Source of the DNA: Lytechinus pictus
Lineage: Eukaryota
NCBI RefSeq assembly: GCF_037042905.1
Contig: NC_087250.1
Span: 24,802,001-24,866,000 of the forward strand
Reading direction: 5' to 3'
DNA: 64,000 nt
The notes beneath the pieces were generated by a model. The model did not search any database and had not been told where the DNA came from. It saw only the letters and a list, made by a program, of their open reading frames with translations. Both the position numbers and the translations under genes were made by a program. Every line of letters starts with the position of its first letter. Positions within the stretch are counted from its first letter, which is position 1. Shown here piece by piece: positions 53,230 through 64,000 of this stretch.

Positions 53230-56200
53230 CTATGGAGAGAAAATCAGAGCCCCGTCTTACAAAGAGTTGTGATTGATCCGATCAATCGCAACTATGGAAA
53301 GCCAGCAACGTCAACATATAAAAATACATGTTTGTTCAAATATTTTTCTAAAAATGATGTGTAGTCATACATTCACTGTTTTTTCTGGATAATTCAATGC
53401 TTGTTTTCAAAAGACATTGAGTAAATTTTCTGAAGAAACAATTATGACATTGATGGGTTTTCATATACCTGAAATTGATCGGGGGCCCGTTGCAGAAAGA
53501 GTTGCAATCAATCGCAACTCTAACACTCATGCGCAACTTGATTTTCAACCAATCAACAGTGCGCATTTGGGACTTGCGAATTATTTTTTGACTTTCGTTT
53601 AAACGCAACTCTTTCTGCAACGGGCCCCCGTAACTCTTTGTTGATGGGGCATCAAACAGAAAGTTGTAATTGTCATCAACTGAGATAGAACAAATTAACA
53701 GAATAATAGTGATAATGAAAATGAACATTGGGTTTAAAAGGTGCCTTTTCTAGACGATATGATACAAAGTGCCGTTTGAGGCCTAAAACGATGTTTTTTA
53801 ACAGGTCGAGTGAGGTGATGTTTATCGAGAGAAACTGTGTTTTTCAGTCGATAAACATAGTTTCTCTCGATAAACAGTGTTTATCGCTTGATAAACAGTG
53901 TTTATCGCTCGATAAACAGTGTTTTTCGGCGATAAACACTTTTTATCGGCGATAAACAGTGTTTATCTGAATTATTGGTCAAACGGCGTGCCTATTTGTT
54001 ATTCCAAAATGTAACTATTACATACACTACGATGTTCAGAAGTTCAAAAATGAAAAATGTGTACATTTCTTTTATAAGCCACGGTTCTTTGTTCTGAAGG
54101 TGCGATAAGAATGATAGAATACTAGGTTTGATATTCCAAAGGTATGTTAATCCAACAATGAATTAAAGAGATGGTCCGGGCTGAAAATATTTATATCTTA
54201 ATACATAGAGTAGAATTCACTGAGGAAAATGCCGAAAATTTCTTCAAAATCGGATGACAAATAGTAAAGTTATTGAAGTTTAAAGTTTAGCAATATTTTG
54301 TGAAAACAGTCGTCATGAATATTCATTAGGTGGGCTGATGATTTCACGTCTCCACTTTCCGTTTTCTTATGTTATATAAAATCATATTTTTTCATTATTT
54401 CATACTTGTGTGAATAATATGTCTCCCTTATAATGAAATAGGTTGCAGCAATAAATATATAATGCACTAAATCAGATGTCAATCCACTTTTTCTAGTTCT
54501 TGGAGGAAAAGAAATGAATAAACCTATTTTCATATGATAAAAAAAAAACAAGTGGATATGTGACATTATCAGCCCACCTAATGATTATTCATGACGACTG
54601 TTTTCACAAAATATTGCTAAACTTTGAAATTGAATAACTTTGTTATTTGTTATCTGATTTTGATGAAATTTTCGGCATTTTGCTCAGTGAATTCTACTCT
54701 ATTTCTTTAATTATAAATACTTTCAGCCCGGACCATCGCTTAAAGGTTACTCTGTTACTTGGAAAATGAAGTATGGTTTGTTCGTCTGAAAATGAAATTG
54801 GGTTGTTAGTCTGAAAACAACTAAAACTATACAAACCTCACTTCATCTTCAGACTATCGAACCTTCAGAATAACAAAGATAATTTCGTTTTCGGATGAAA
54901 CAACATTAGGAATAACAAGCCTTCATCTTAACAAACCTTTGGACTAGTACATTTCCAAAATATCAAGCCTTCAGAGTATTTGAACTTTTGAATCACTACT
55001 GGCGATTGATGGCCCATATAACTTTTTTTAATAATTGGAGATAACATCTGAGAGAATAGGGTATATTTAAAAGTACAAGCAGACATTGTAAATTGTGTAC
55101 ATTGTGAAATACTAACCTTGATGTACAGTGATAACTCTTCTTTGGCTTTAGCAAGTGCTGGTCGCTTCTTAAGTGCTTTCTCTGAGGCCCTCTTGGTAAG
55201 TCTAATTCCAACCACTGTGTCTATGAACAAGATCGCATTCAGGAACAGAAGTGCTAACAGAGGCACACCAAAGGCATACAGATTTGCATCGCCACTTGAC
55301 AACCAGCAAAGCTCATCATTGCCGTAAATGAATCGCAGATTAGTACAGCCACAAAGGTCAATGACCAGACAAGCACCTACGATCAAAGCTGGTACGCCCC
55401 AGGCATAGAGGGAGTACCAAACGTAGAATCTTTGAGATTTACTGGCAATTCTAATCTTGGCACGGGTGCCAAATGTGCGATTTAGATCTATGGCAAGGGC
55501 ATTCATCCAGAAGAAGATAGCGAGCCAGAAGAAATGGGTAATGGCTGCTACTGCTTTACAGAAGCCATCATGTTCCGTGCTCACTCCACTCACAAACACT
55601 AATAAAAATGTGAGTAAGAGGGCAACAGAGAGGGTAAGGACCGATTTCCCAGCCAAGTTAAGAAGTTCAGGAAAGATGGCATAAGTTGTTATGATGATCA
55701 GTACTGAAACAACAGACAGTGCATTTCCTATGGTGTTCATAGTGTCCAGGCCAGGAGGTAAATTACGTTCTTCATAGGCAGGGACTTTTCGGCAGTAAAG
55801 AGCTGAACCATCTGGACCTATTTGAAACTCGTCATCTAACAGGACTGTGTCCTTGCCGGTGAAATGGAGAAATACTTGTGACTGATTTTTCACAATCTCA
55901 AACTGACTCGCATCTAGTTTGACATATGTGTCGCAAGCAAGTCTGGTGGTGTTACATGTGCAAACGTCACCTATGCTGGAGACACTCATGATATAATCTG
56001 CCCTTTCTCTGGTAAAGTTAATTCGGAATGGTAGCAGGGTGGGTTTGCCATAATCTGAAAATGTCCAGGAGTTGTGGGACTCACAGTCCCATCCTGCAGG
56101 AACATCAATAAGCAATTCTATCATCGACAGGTTCCCGAATGAAGGCATATACAAAGTGGACGTTACGTTGGTTATGATACCTGCAATACCCTGATAGAAC

Positions 56201-59081
56201 TCCAAAGACGTTTGGGGTAGTGTAGTAAAGTTCATTTCAGTGTCAAAGCACACTTGACATATTGACTGACGAGAGTCATTTTCCGAATCACCAGTGGGGA
56301 TACAGGAAATTTCAGGCACTGACACAACGGAAGGGGACGTCAGTGTGTCCAGTGGCGACTGAATGAGGACATTATTTACCGTTGCCAGAAGGTAGTCAGT
56401 GTCCAATGATGTCATATTCACTTCATCCTGGAGAGAATAGAACGTAACGCACAGCCCTCCTCTCTCATCTACCGGTAGACGTTCACACTGCTTTGTTGTC
56501 GTGTTGTATTCAAATCCTATGAAGCAAAAGAGCAATTGACATTTGCTTGACAGTGGGTCAAAGGCTTCATTTTCAGCACATGCCAATTCCTGGTTTCTGT
56601 CGATAAAGTTAAAGAATTCTGCAAATGCAATCGCCGCACTCTCTATGTATAATGCGCCATCATATTTGACCGATTTGCACAATTCCCAATAGTCTGCACA
56701 TACGTCAATGCCATTGCAATAAGCACAGTGTAGATTCTGGTAGATGGTACCATTGTGTACTATAGGTGCAAGGTATGATGGACACTTCGTAGGTTCTGAA
56801 GAACACGAAGTCACATCTACTCCAGGATAACAATGCCGAGCGTACATATCATTTGGTATATCTTCTGACGGCCTGAGGTGTTTAGAGCAGAAGTTTTCTA
56901 TCAGTTCTTTTTCTGTGTATTGGGTTTGTTTTCCATTCGAATCACTACTGCTACCAATACTACCAAGATCACAGTCCCATTTCCAACTCCAAAACTCGAT
57001 ACCGGTAGAAATGTCGTGACACAATGCACAATACAAATTTCTAAAGTGACCGATGCTTTCAACCACTGGCGTAAATCCCGGGGGGGATGGGGGGGATATA
57101 TCCCCCCCACTTTTCGAGGAGGGGGGGATGGCCTGTACAAACATCCCCCCACTTTTTACGAAAGAAATGAAAAAAAAATCACAAGAGATAATTGTTTTAT
57201 TGGTTAAAATTCTTCCTAAAATACCGCTTAACAAATAAAACAATATTATTGAATCATAAAATGCAAATAAAGAGCCAGTTCACCATTTCCAAACGAAATA
57301 CTTATGTCCTTATAACATTGAAGAGAAACACCCGTTTCTTCCATTTCATCAATGTTGGGGTCTTTGGGAAGGGATTAAGATGGAATGTCAAAAAATTTTG
57401 AATGTAATCGATAAAACCATTAAACCATCATGGGGTAAAAAAGATAACATTGGAGGGGTATTTTGCCATATGGACATACAGTGACGTAACTACGGGGGGC
57501 ATGGGGGGCACATCCCCCCCCCCCCCCCCATCGGCTGACCAAAAAAAACGGGGAAAGGGGGAAAAAAGAGAAAAGAGGGAGAAAGGAAGAAAAACGTAGT
57601 GGGAAAGAAGAAAATATTATTCATTATAATGTTATATTATATTATAATTATGTTATGTCACATTACATAAGAAACATTTTTATCATAACTTTATGAAACA
57701 TAATTTGCCCAGGGCCTATGTCTTCATTGTTCCTGGTGCTCGCATTGTCTGTTTAACGAGATATATAATCCTGTTGTATACTAAAACATCCCGTTTTCAA
57801 GTCAATAATAACCAAATATATTTCCTAGCACTTGAGTTGAATTGAATTGAAATTGAAAATTGAATTTTTGATATTCAGATCAGAAGAAGGGACATTTAAA
57901 GGACTAATTTTAGGAATTCATGAAGAGCAGACATATTAAATTGAATTGAAATTGAATAGTTATCATTGTTTTATGTAGTGACATATGCTTCTTTTTCATG
58001 ACTCAAAAAGTGATTGCCCTATGTAAAGGTCTTCGTATATATGAAACATTTCCTGTCCGTGATTACGTTCGCATTAGTGGATTGGTGAGATATGTCTGCT
58101 CTTCATAAATTCCTAAAATCAGTCCTTAAAATGTCCCTTCTTCTGATCTGAATATCAAAAATTTTCAGATCGCGCTTCGCGCTCGCATCATTTGGTTAAT
58201 GTAATACGTATTTTCCTAGTTAATTCCTACAAAGTAAACTTAGAATGCCCCACTTCAGGTCTGAATTATCAAAATTTTCAGCTCGCGCTTCGCGCTCGCA
58301 ATGTTTAGCGAGACAGGTACCTATCATGATTACACAAATTTGATTATAATGTCCCTTTTTAGGTGTGAATAAAAAAAAATTCAGCTCGCGCTTCGCGCTC
58401 GCATTATTTGATCAGTGAGATACATATCCGTTTAATGACATTGTCCTTAAAATGTCTCTATTAGGTCAGTATAACTGGCAACTGAGCGCGCTCACTAGCG
58501 CACTCACTCAGTGATTCAAACATTTTGCTGGTGCCCCCCAATGCCGTGACCCACGGTAAGCCACTGTGGACATATCACAGTGACAATTTTCAGTCATCCC
58601 CCCCACCCATCAACACGGATTTACGCCAGTGGAGTGCTTTCAACAGTAACGGGTGTGTACAATTCTTCGTCGGGTTCCTGCGGGTTCTCACACTTGGTAC
58701 GGATTACGCTATGGGCAAGGACATAGGAGGGGCACTTAGAAATCATCTGGTAGTGAGAAAAGGTGGTTTTATTGCCTCCATGTCGATAAGCAACACCAGA
58801 AACGGTAGCACATGAGAGATACGGGGAAAAGTTCTCTTCCCAAGCCATTCTCTCAGGTATGGAGTCATAAACAAAGTGAGGGTATATATATCGTGTGTTC
58901 AACGTTCCAGCAGCAGACATGTCTTCGGCGTCCTTGCAACACTCGTTATAAAGAGCACACTGGGAATCGCATTTACATGGGCGCACTTGCCAGTGTCGTG
59001 CACACGAGAAAGGAGTGTCACGCTGTCCACATGTTGGATCGAGCACGTTGTACTGGTGTTCTTCAGTGCACGTCAATGGTT
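52975..59081 (-). CDS. Methuselah-like / class B (secretin-adhesion group) GPCR with a somatomedin-B-like Cys-rich ectodomain; 5'-partial; large exon split by a transposon
   Basis: Coding blocks about 59081-58625, 57055-55117 and 53229-52975. SMB-like CKCDSQCALYNECCKD and Cys motifs RNLYCALCH / YQNLHCAYCNG. 7TM with TYAIFPELLNLAGK, HFFWLAIFFWMNALA, YSLYAWGVP, LYIK|LSGVMGFTW and NSLQGVFI. Confidence 0.88.
53820..53970. repeat. 21-bp self-complementary minisatellite (GATAAACAGTGTTTATCGCTC), about 7 copies
   Basis: Direct inspection. Seen as SLDKQCL repeats in ORF 53728..53955. Confidence 0.85.
54167..54739. mobile_element. TTAA-flanked Kolobok-like MITE in GPCR intron
   Basis: TTAA|AGAGATGGTCCGGGCTGAAAA ... 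TTTTCAGCCCGGACCATCGC|TTAA, largely palindromic. Confidence 0.85.
55117..57063 (-). CDS. GPCR main exon, 3' part (ectodomain to TM5)
   Basis: ORF 54928..57243 from VESIGHFRN to ELSLYIK; donor AAG|GTTAGT after 55117. Confidence 0.9.
57064..58636. mobile_element. hAT-like MITE inserted in the GPCR coding exon (host of a nested element)
   Basis: TIRs CACTGGCGTAAATCC / GGATTTACGCCAGTG plus 5 extra nt GAGTG. 8-bp TSD CTTTCAAC at 57056-57063 and 58637-58644. Confidence 0.9.
57479..58566 (+). mobile_element. CAGTGGCGTA-family hAT-like element nested in 57064-58636
   Basis: Ends CAGTGACGTA / TAAGCCACTG. Perfect TSD TGGACATA at 57471-57478 and 58567-58574. Confidence 0.92.
58625..59081 (-). CDS. GPCR main exon, 5' part (SMB-like domain)
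   Basis: ORF 58621..59076, candidate acceptor ccatacag|A at 59081. Ends PVTVES, which continues as IGHFRN across the insertion. Confidence 0.85.
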
Positions 59082-60335
59082 CTGTATGGTAATGAATCCA
59101 GAAGACATTCTATGAAGAATTTATCTTGTTTGTTACAGGGAACTCTGCCTAAGTTGAATCTTTTGAGACCACAGAAATGAAATCTGTTTGACGAAGGAGA
59201 ACTTTGACTTGTAAGAGGGGGAAATAGAGGTATATATTCAGGGGCGGATGCAGCTTCCGCCAATGGGGGGGGGGGGGGCGAGTTTTTTACCCATGCATAT
59301 ATCGCGTATAAGTTGCGATCGAGCAAAAGTTTCGACATTTTTATCACAAAAATCCAAGTTTGTGATAGATTTTGACATAACATTTTGAAAATAATGTAAT
59401 ATTTCAACCTTGATCCCCGTTTCCTTATCTCTTTTTGTCTTGGTCGTGAAAACTTGGGGGGAGCTCGGGGGGCAAATCGCTCATGTCCTAACAGTCATTT
59501 TTTAGCTCTATTCTTATAAAACAACATAAATGTGTAATAATCTCATAAGCCCTATTTAAATAGTGCGTACGCGAAGAGCGAGCTGAAAAAATGGAAATTC
59601 ATGTATTTTGTCCTGAAAATTTATCATTCTGAGCAAAGTTTGTGAACCTGAAAAACAGCTGCGTAACAGGGGTCGGTGGCCAGGGGGGGGGGGGGGCAAG
59701 AGCCAAACAATTTCCAGGTCATATCATGGTATGAACAAGATTATTTATGATTTTTCCCAAGCATTATGGCGAAGCAGCTCAATGCGTGATAAGTACAAAA
59801 AGAGGAGGCACAGCATTACGCGTGTGGCGAAAAGTTCCTTAATACAAGTCTCGAGCGAGCGAGAGAAAAAATCACCTTTACATGAGAATCTAACTTTGAA
59901 ACTGACTTTGAATAGGCATTCTTCCTTTCCTTCTTTTGTTCTTGGCCAGTGCTATGCGGATTGGGTCCGGGGCAGTGGCGGCACAAGGACTTTTAACCTG
60001 GAGGGGGGGGGGGGGGCAACACTATTTTTTTTGCCCATTTCAAAAATTCTAGCGAGAAGCGTGAGTTCATTTTTTTAAATGTAGGCACTACGAACTTGAA
60101 AATGGACCTGTTAAGGAATAGCTGTTTGCATTGGATCATGCAGAATATATCTCACCAAGTAAACGATGGAGCGCGAAGCGCGAGCTGAAATTTTTTTGAT
60201 ATCCTGAGATGATTACTGGACGTTCTAAGCACTTTTTGTTATCATGAATTGGATGGCTATCTAACTAAACATTTGATGCAAGCGCGAAGCGCGTGCTGAA
60301 AATTTTTCATTTATGAAACTTATGAATACGCCGGA

Positions 60336-60399
60336 CAGTGGCGTAAGTACGGTGGGGCATAGGGGGCACGTGCCCCCCAATCGGCCGCCCCCCCCCCCC

Positions 60400-60431
<32 letters not shown>

Positions 60432-61529
60432 GGAAAGGAGAAAAAGAGGGAAAGGGAAGAGAAACGTCGTGGGGGAAGAAGAAATTATTGTTCATTATAA
60501 TGTTATATTAGGTTATGTTACATAAGAAGCATTTCTTTCATAACTTTATGGAACATTATTGCTTCATTGTGTCTTCATTGTTCCTGGTGCTCGCTTAGAC
60601 TGTTTAACGAGATATATATATCCTGTTGTACTAAAACCTGTTTTCAAATCAATAGACACCAAATATATTTCCTCGCAATTCAAGTTATCATTGTTTTATG
60701 TAGTGACATATTCTTCTTTTTCATGACTACTTAAAGTGATTGCTCTATTTTAAGGTCTTAATATGAAATATTTCTTGTCCGTGCTAACGCTCGCATTAGT
60801 GGATTGGTGAGATGTCTGCTCTTCATGAACTCCTAAAGTCAGTCCTTAAAATGTCAATTTTTCTGATCTGAATATAAAAAATTTTCAGCTCGCGCTTTGC
60901 GCTCGCATCATTCTATTAGTAAAATACGTATGGTCTTATTGAATTCCTACAAACACGCCTAAGAATACCCCTCTGCAGGTCTGAATTTCCTAAATTTTTA
61001 GCTCGCGCTTCGCGCTTGCAGTATTTGATTAGTACGTGAGATGTGTATATGCTAATCATGATTACAATGACTACAAAAAGTGCTTCATGTATTTAGATGT
61101 AATTCTAACAAAATCAGCAAAGGATGGCACTTGCATTAGATTACTATGGTGGGGTATATATTTATACTCTTAATGGATTCTAAAATGTAGTCCTTAAAAT
61201 TTTCCTGCTAAGGGTTATAAAAAAACTTTTAGCTCGTGCTTCGCACTCGCATTGTTTGTTTAGCGAGACATGCAGTTACGTATCATGATTACAAAAAATG
61301 TTCTTATAATGTCCCTTTAATACCTCTGAATATCAAATATTTTCAGCTCGCGCTTCGCGCTCGCATTATTTAATCAGTGATGAGATACATATCCGTTTAA
61401 TGGCACTGCATTGTCCTTAAAATATCTCTGTTAGGTCAGTATAACTGGCAACTGAGCCGTAAGTGACTTGAAATTTTTGCTGGTGCCCCCCCCCCCCCCC
61501 CATATGCCATGGCCCACGGTACGCCACTG
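60336..61529 (+). mobile_element. CAGTGGCGTA-family hAT-like element
   Basis: TIRs CAGTGGCGTA / TACGCCACTG. Perfect TSD ACGCCGGA at 60328-60335 and 61530-61537. Confidence 0.92.
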
Positions 61530-61660
61530 ACGCCGGATATATATCTCGCTTAAAACGAATAATGAAAACTCTAATCGTGAGAAGCATATTGATTAGAACA
61601 CTGGATTTTTATGCCCAATGTGAATAAATAGCTTATCTCAGTCAATCAACAGTTAACGCG

Positions 61661-64000
61661 AGCGAAATTTTGAATTTTATATAATGATCTGAAAGATTTT
61701 AAGAGAAATTCCAATAGTTGCAGTAAACACTGATTTCATGAGAAAGTCTGTAAAACAAGGCTTACTTGTCAGTATATCATCGAGGATCTAGATCTGGTAC
61801 AGTTACTTAAACTGAACTTCGTGAAATCTTGAAATCTACGCTGAAAAATGTTTAGACTCAAGATCCCCAACACAGATAAGCGCACGTGGGACAGTGTATA
61901 ATTATTGCTTTGAAAGTCGTGCCCGACTCTACCCGAATCCTGTGCTTATTTGCTGATTTCTCAGCAATTACACAATTTCTTCCCGAATTCTTTGGCACAT
62001 ACGTTTTATTTATACAAAAAGACACTTTGGTGGTCATTTCATTGGATTCTGTACGAACTCAGTATTGTTTGGAGCTAAAAGTGAATGAGAAAATTTTCAA
62101 AACTTAAAGAACGAAAAGCTGTTTGACCCCGTGTCTCCCTCTTGGTGTCGTCACTGGTCCGCGATATTTCAAAACGTTGCAGATGGCCACTTCAGTATGA
62201 AACCGCGGGTATATACATACCAAACACAGAGCTTCAAAGCAGTTGCGGATAATACACGAAATATTTTGAGGCAGCACAACATAGCCAATTGTGGTATAAT
62301 TTGTAAAAAGTTGCCAGCGAGCGAAGCGAGCCAGAAAATTTTGGCCTTTCAGGATTTTGAAATTACATTCTAATTATGTGATAATAGCTTTGAAAATATA
62401 GCCAAAGTAAAAATTGAGAGGGTTTGTACGGTAAATCTAGCAGGCGCAAAGCTTTACTTATTCATTAAGATCGACATGGGGAATATATATAACTAGCCCT
62501 TGGCTAAGGATTTTTTTTGTCCTGATTGCGGCCATTATTTACGGAGCCCGGGAAGGGACATGGTAAAAATATTTTTATCTCGTTAAAACGACATAGTATC
62601 TCGTTTTAATGAGATAGTATCTCGTTAAAACGACATAGTATCTCGTTTTAATGAGATAGTATCTCGTTTTAATGAGATAGTATCTCGTTTTAATGAGATA
62701 GTATCTCGTTTTAATGAGATAGTATCTCGTTTTAATGAGATAGTATCTCGTTTTAATGAGAAAGTATCTCGTGTTAATGAGATAGTATCTCGTTTTAATG
62801 AGATAGTATCTCGTTTTAATGAGATAGTATCTCGTTAAAACGACATAGTATCTCGTTTTAATGAGATAGTATCTCGTTAAAACGACATAGTATCTCGTTT
62901 TAATGAGATAGTATCTCGTTTTAATGAGATAGTATCTCGTTTTAATGAGATAGTATCTCGTTAAAACGACATAGTATCTCGTTTTAATGAGATAGTTATC
63001 TCGTTTTAATGAGATAGTATCTCGTATAAGTCCATTGCATACTGGAACCGGGTGGTCCCTGTATTAAGCCTATGGGAGTGAGAGAATTCAGTAGTCCACG
63101 GGTTAACAACATAATACCACCGGCAGGAAGTTGGTTGGGTGTTCGATATTCGAAATTCAAACTGTGAAGTTGGTTTGATATTCAGGTTCGATATTCAAAC
63201 GCGTGTGAAGTTGGACCAATATTCGATATTCAAAAATTAGGGGTCTTGAAAGCTAACTAGGGGGTTAAACAAGTGCAGCGAAATTTTGAATTTTATAAAA
63301 TGATCTGAAAGATTTTAAGAGAAATTCCAATAGTTGCAGTAAACACTGATTTCATGAGAAAGTCTGTAAAACAAGGCTTACTTGTCAGTATATCATCGAG
63401 GATCTAGATCTGGTACAGTTACTTAAACTGAACTTCGTGAAATCTTGAAATCTACGCTGAAAAATGTTTAGACTCAAGATCCCCAACACAGATAAGCGCA
63501 CGTGGGACAGTGTATAATTATTGCTTTGAAAGTCGTGCCCGACTCTACCCGAATCCTGTGCTTATTTGCTGATTTCTCAGCAATTACACAATTTCTTCCC
63601 GAATTCTTTGGCACATACGTTTTATTTATACAAAAAGACACTTTGGTGGTCATTTCATTGGATTCTGTACGAACTCAGTATTGTTTGGAGCTAAAAGTGA
63701 ATGAGAAAATTTTCAAAACTTAAAGAACGAAAAGCTGTTTGACCCCGTGTCTCCCTCTTGGTGTCGTCACTGGTCCGCGATATTTCAAAACGTTGCAGAT
63801 GGCCACTTCAGTATGAAACCGCGGGTATATACATACCAAACACAGAGCTTCAAAGCAGTTGCGGATAATACACGAAATATTTTGAGGCAGCACAACATAG
63901 CCAATTGTGGTATAATTTGTAAAAAGTTGCCAGCGAGCGAAGCGAGCCAGAAAATTTTGGCCTTTCAGGATTTTGAAATTACATTCTAATTATGTGATAA
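61661..64000. repeat. Near-identical direct duplication, offset 1616 bp (61661-62384 = 63277-64000)
   Basis: Identical ORF pairs 61886/63502 and 62131/63747. One mismatch noticed near the start. Confidence 0.93.
62577..63025. repeat. 21-bp palindromic minisatellite, about 21 copies, two interspersed variants
   Basis: ATCTCGTTTTAATGAGATAGT and ATCTCGTTAAAACGACATAGT. Preceded by a transposon-end-like TACGGAGCCCGGGAAGGGACATG. Confidence 0.93.

Noticed and set aside
57064..57243. N-terminus of the 771-aa ORF as the GPCR start or signal peptide
   Set aside because: It lies inside the inserted transposon. The true upstream coding sequence is at 58625-59081.
62577..63025. CRISPR-like array of palindromic repeats
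   Set aside because: Units are directly adjacent with no unique spacers, there are no cas genes, and the context is eukaryotic.
61886..63989. Duplicated 73-aa and 80-aa ORFs as genes or LTR contents
   Set aside because: They have GTG starts, no recognisable domains, and lie in duplicated TE-derived sequence with no LTR hallmarks.

Overview
AT-rich eukaryotic genomic DNA, most likely an invertebrate deuterostome. The ankyrin protein type, GPCR type and repeat families look sea-urchin-like, but that is an inference. Three spliced protein-coding genes can be reconstructed by hand. (1) A minus-strand ankyrin-repeat gene with 14 near-identical 33-aa repeats in one exon, running off the left edge. 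(2) A complete plus-strand SCNM1 orthologue with 7 coding exons (34349-40730, 486 aa) and a greatly enlarged central exon. (3) A minus-strand Methuselah-like/class B GPCR with a somatomedin-B-like domain, whose 5' end was not found. The rest is dense, often nested transposon material: hAT-like MITEs with 8-bp TSDs, TTAA-flanked Kolobok-like MITEs including a 783-bp foldback, HINE/Tsp-like tandem-repeat elements, two LINE remnants, a tRNA-derived SINE, and micro/minisatellites. The most notable observation is a nested hAT-like insertion inside a GPCR coding exon. Both flanking reading frames are intact, and a GT donor in the TIR plus an AG in the target-site duplication would splice it out in frame (+4 aa), making it a candidate transposon-born intron. 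All coordinates were read by eye and no searches were run.
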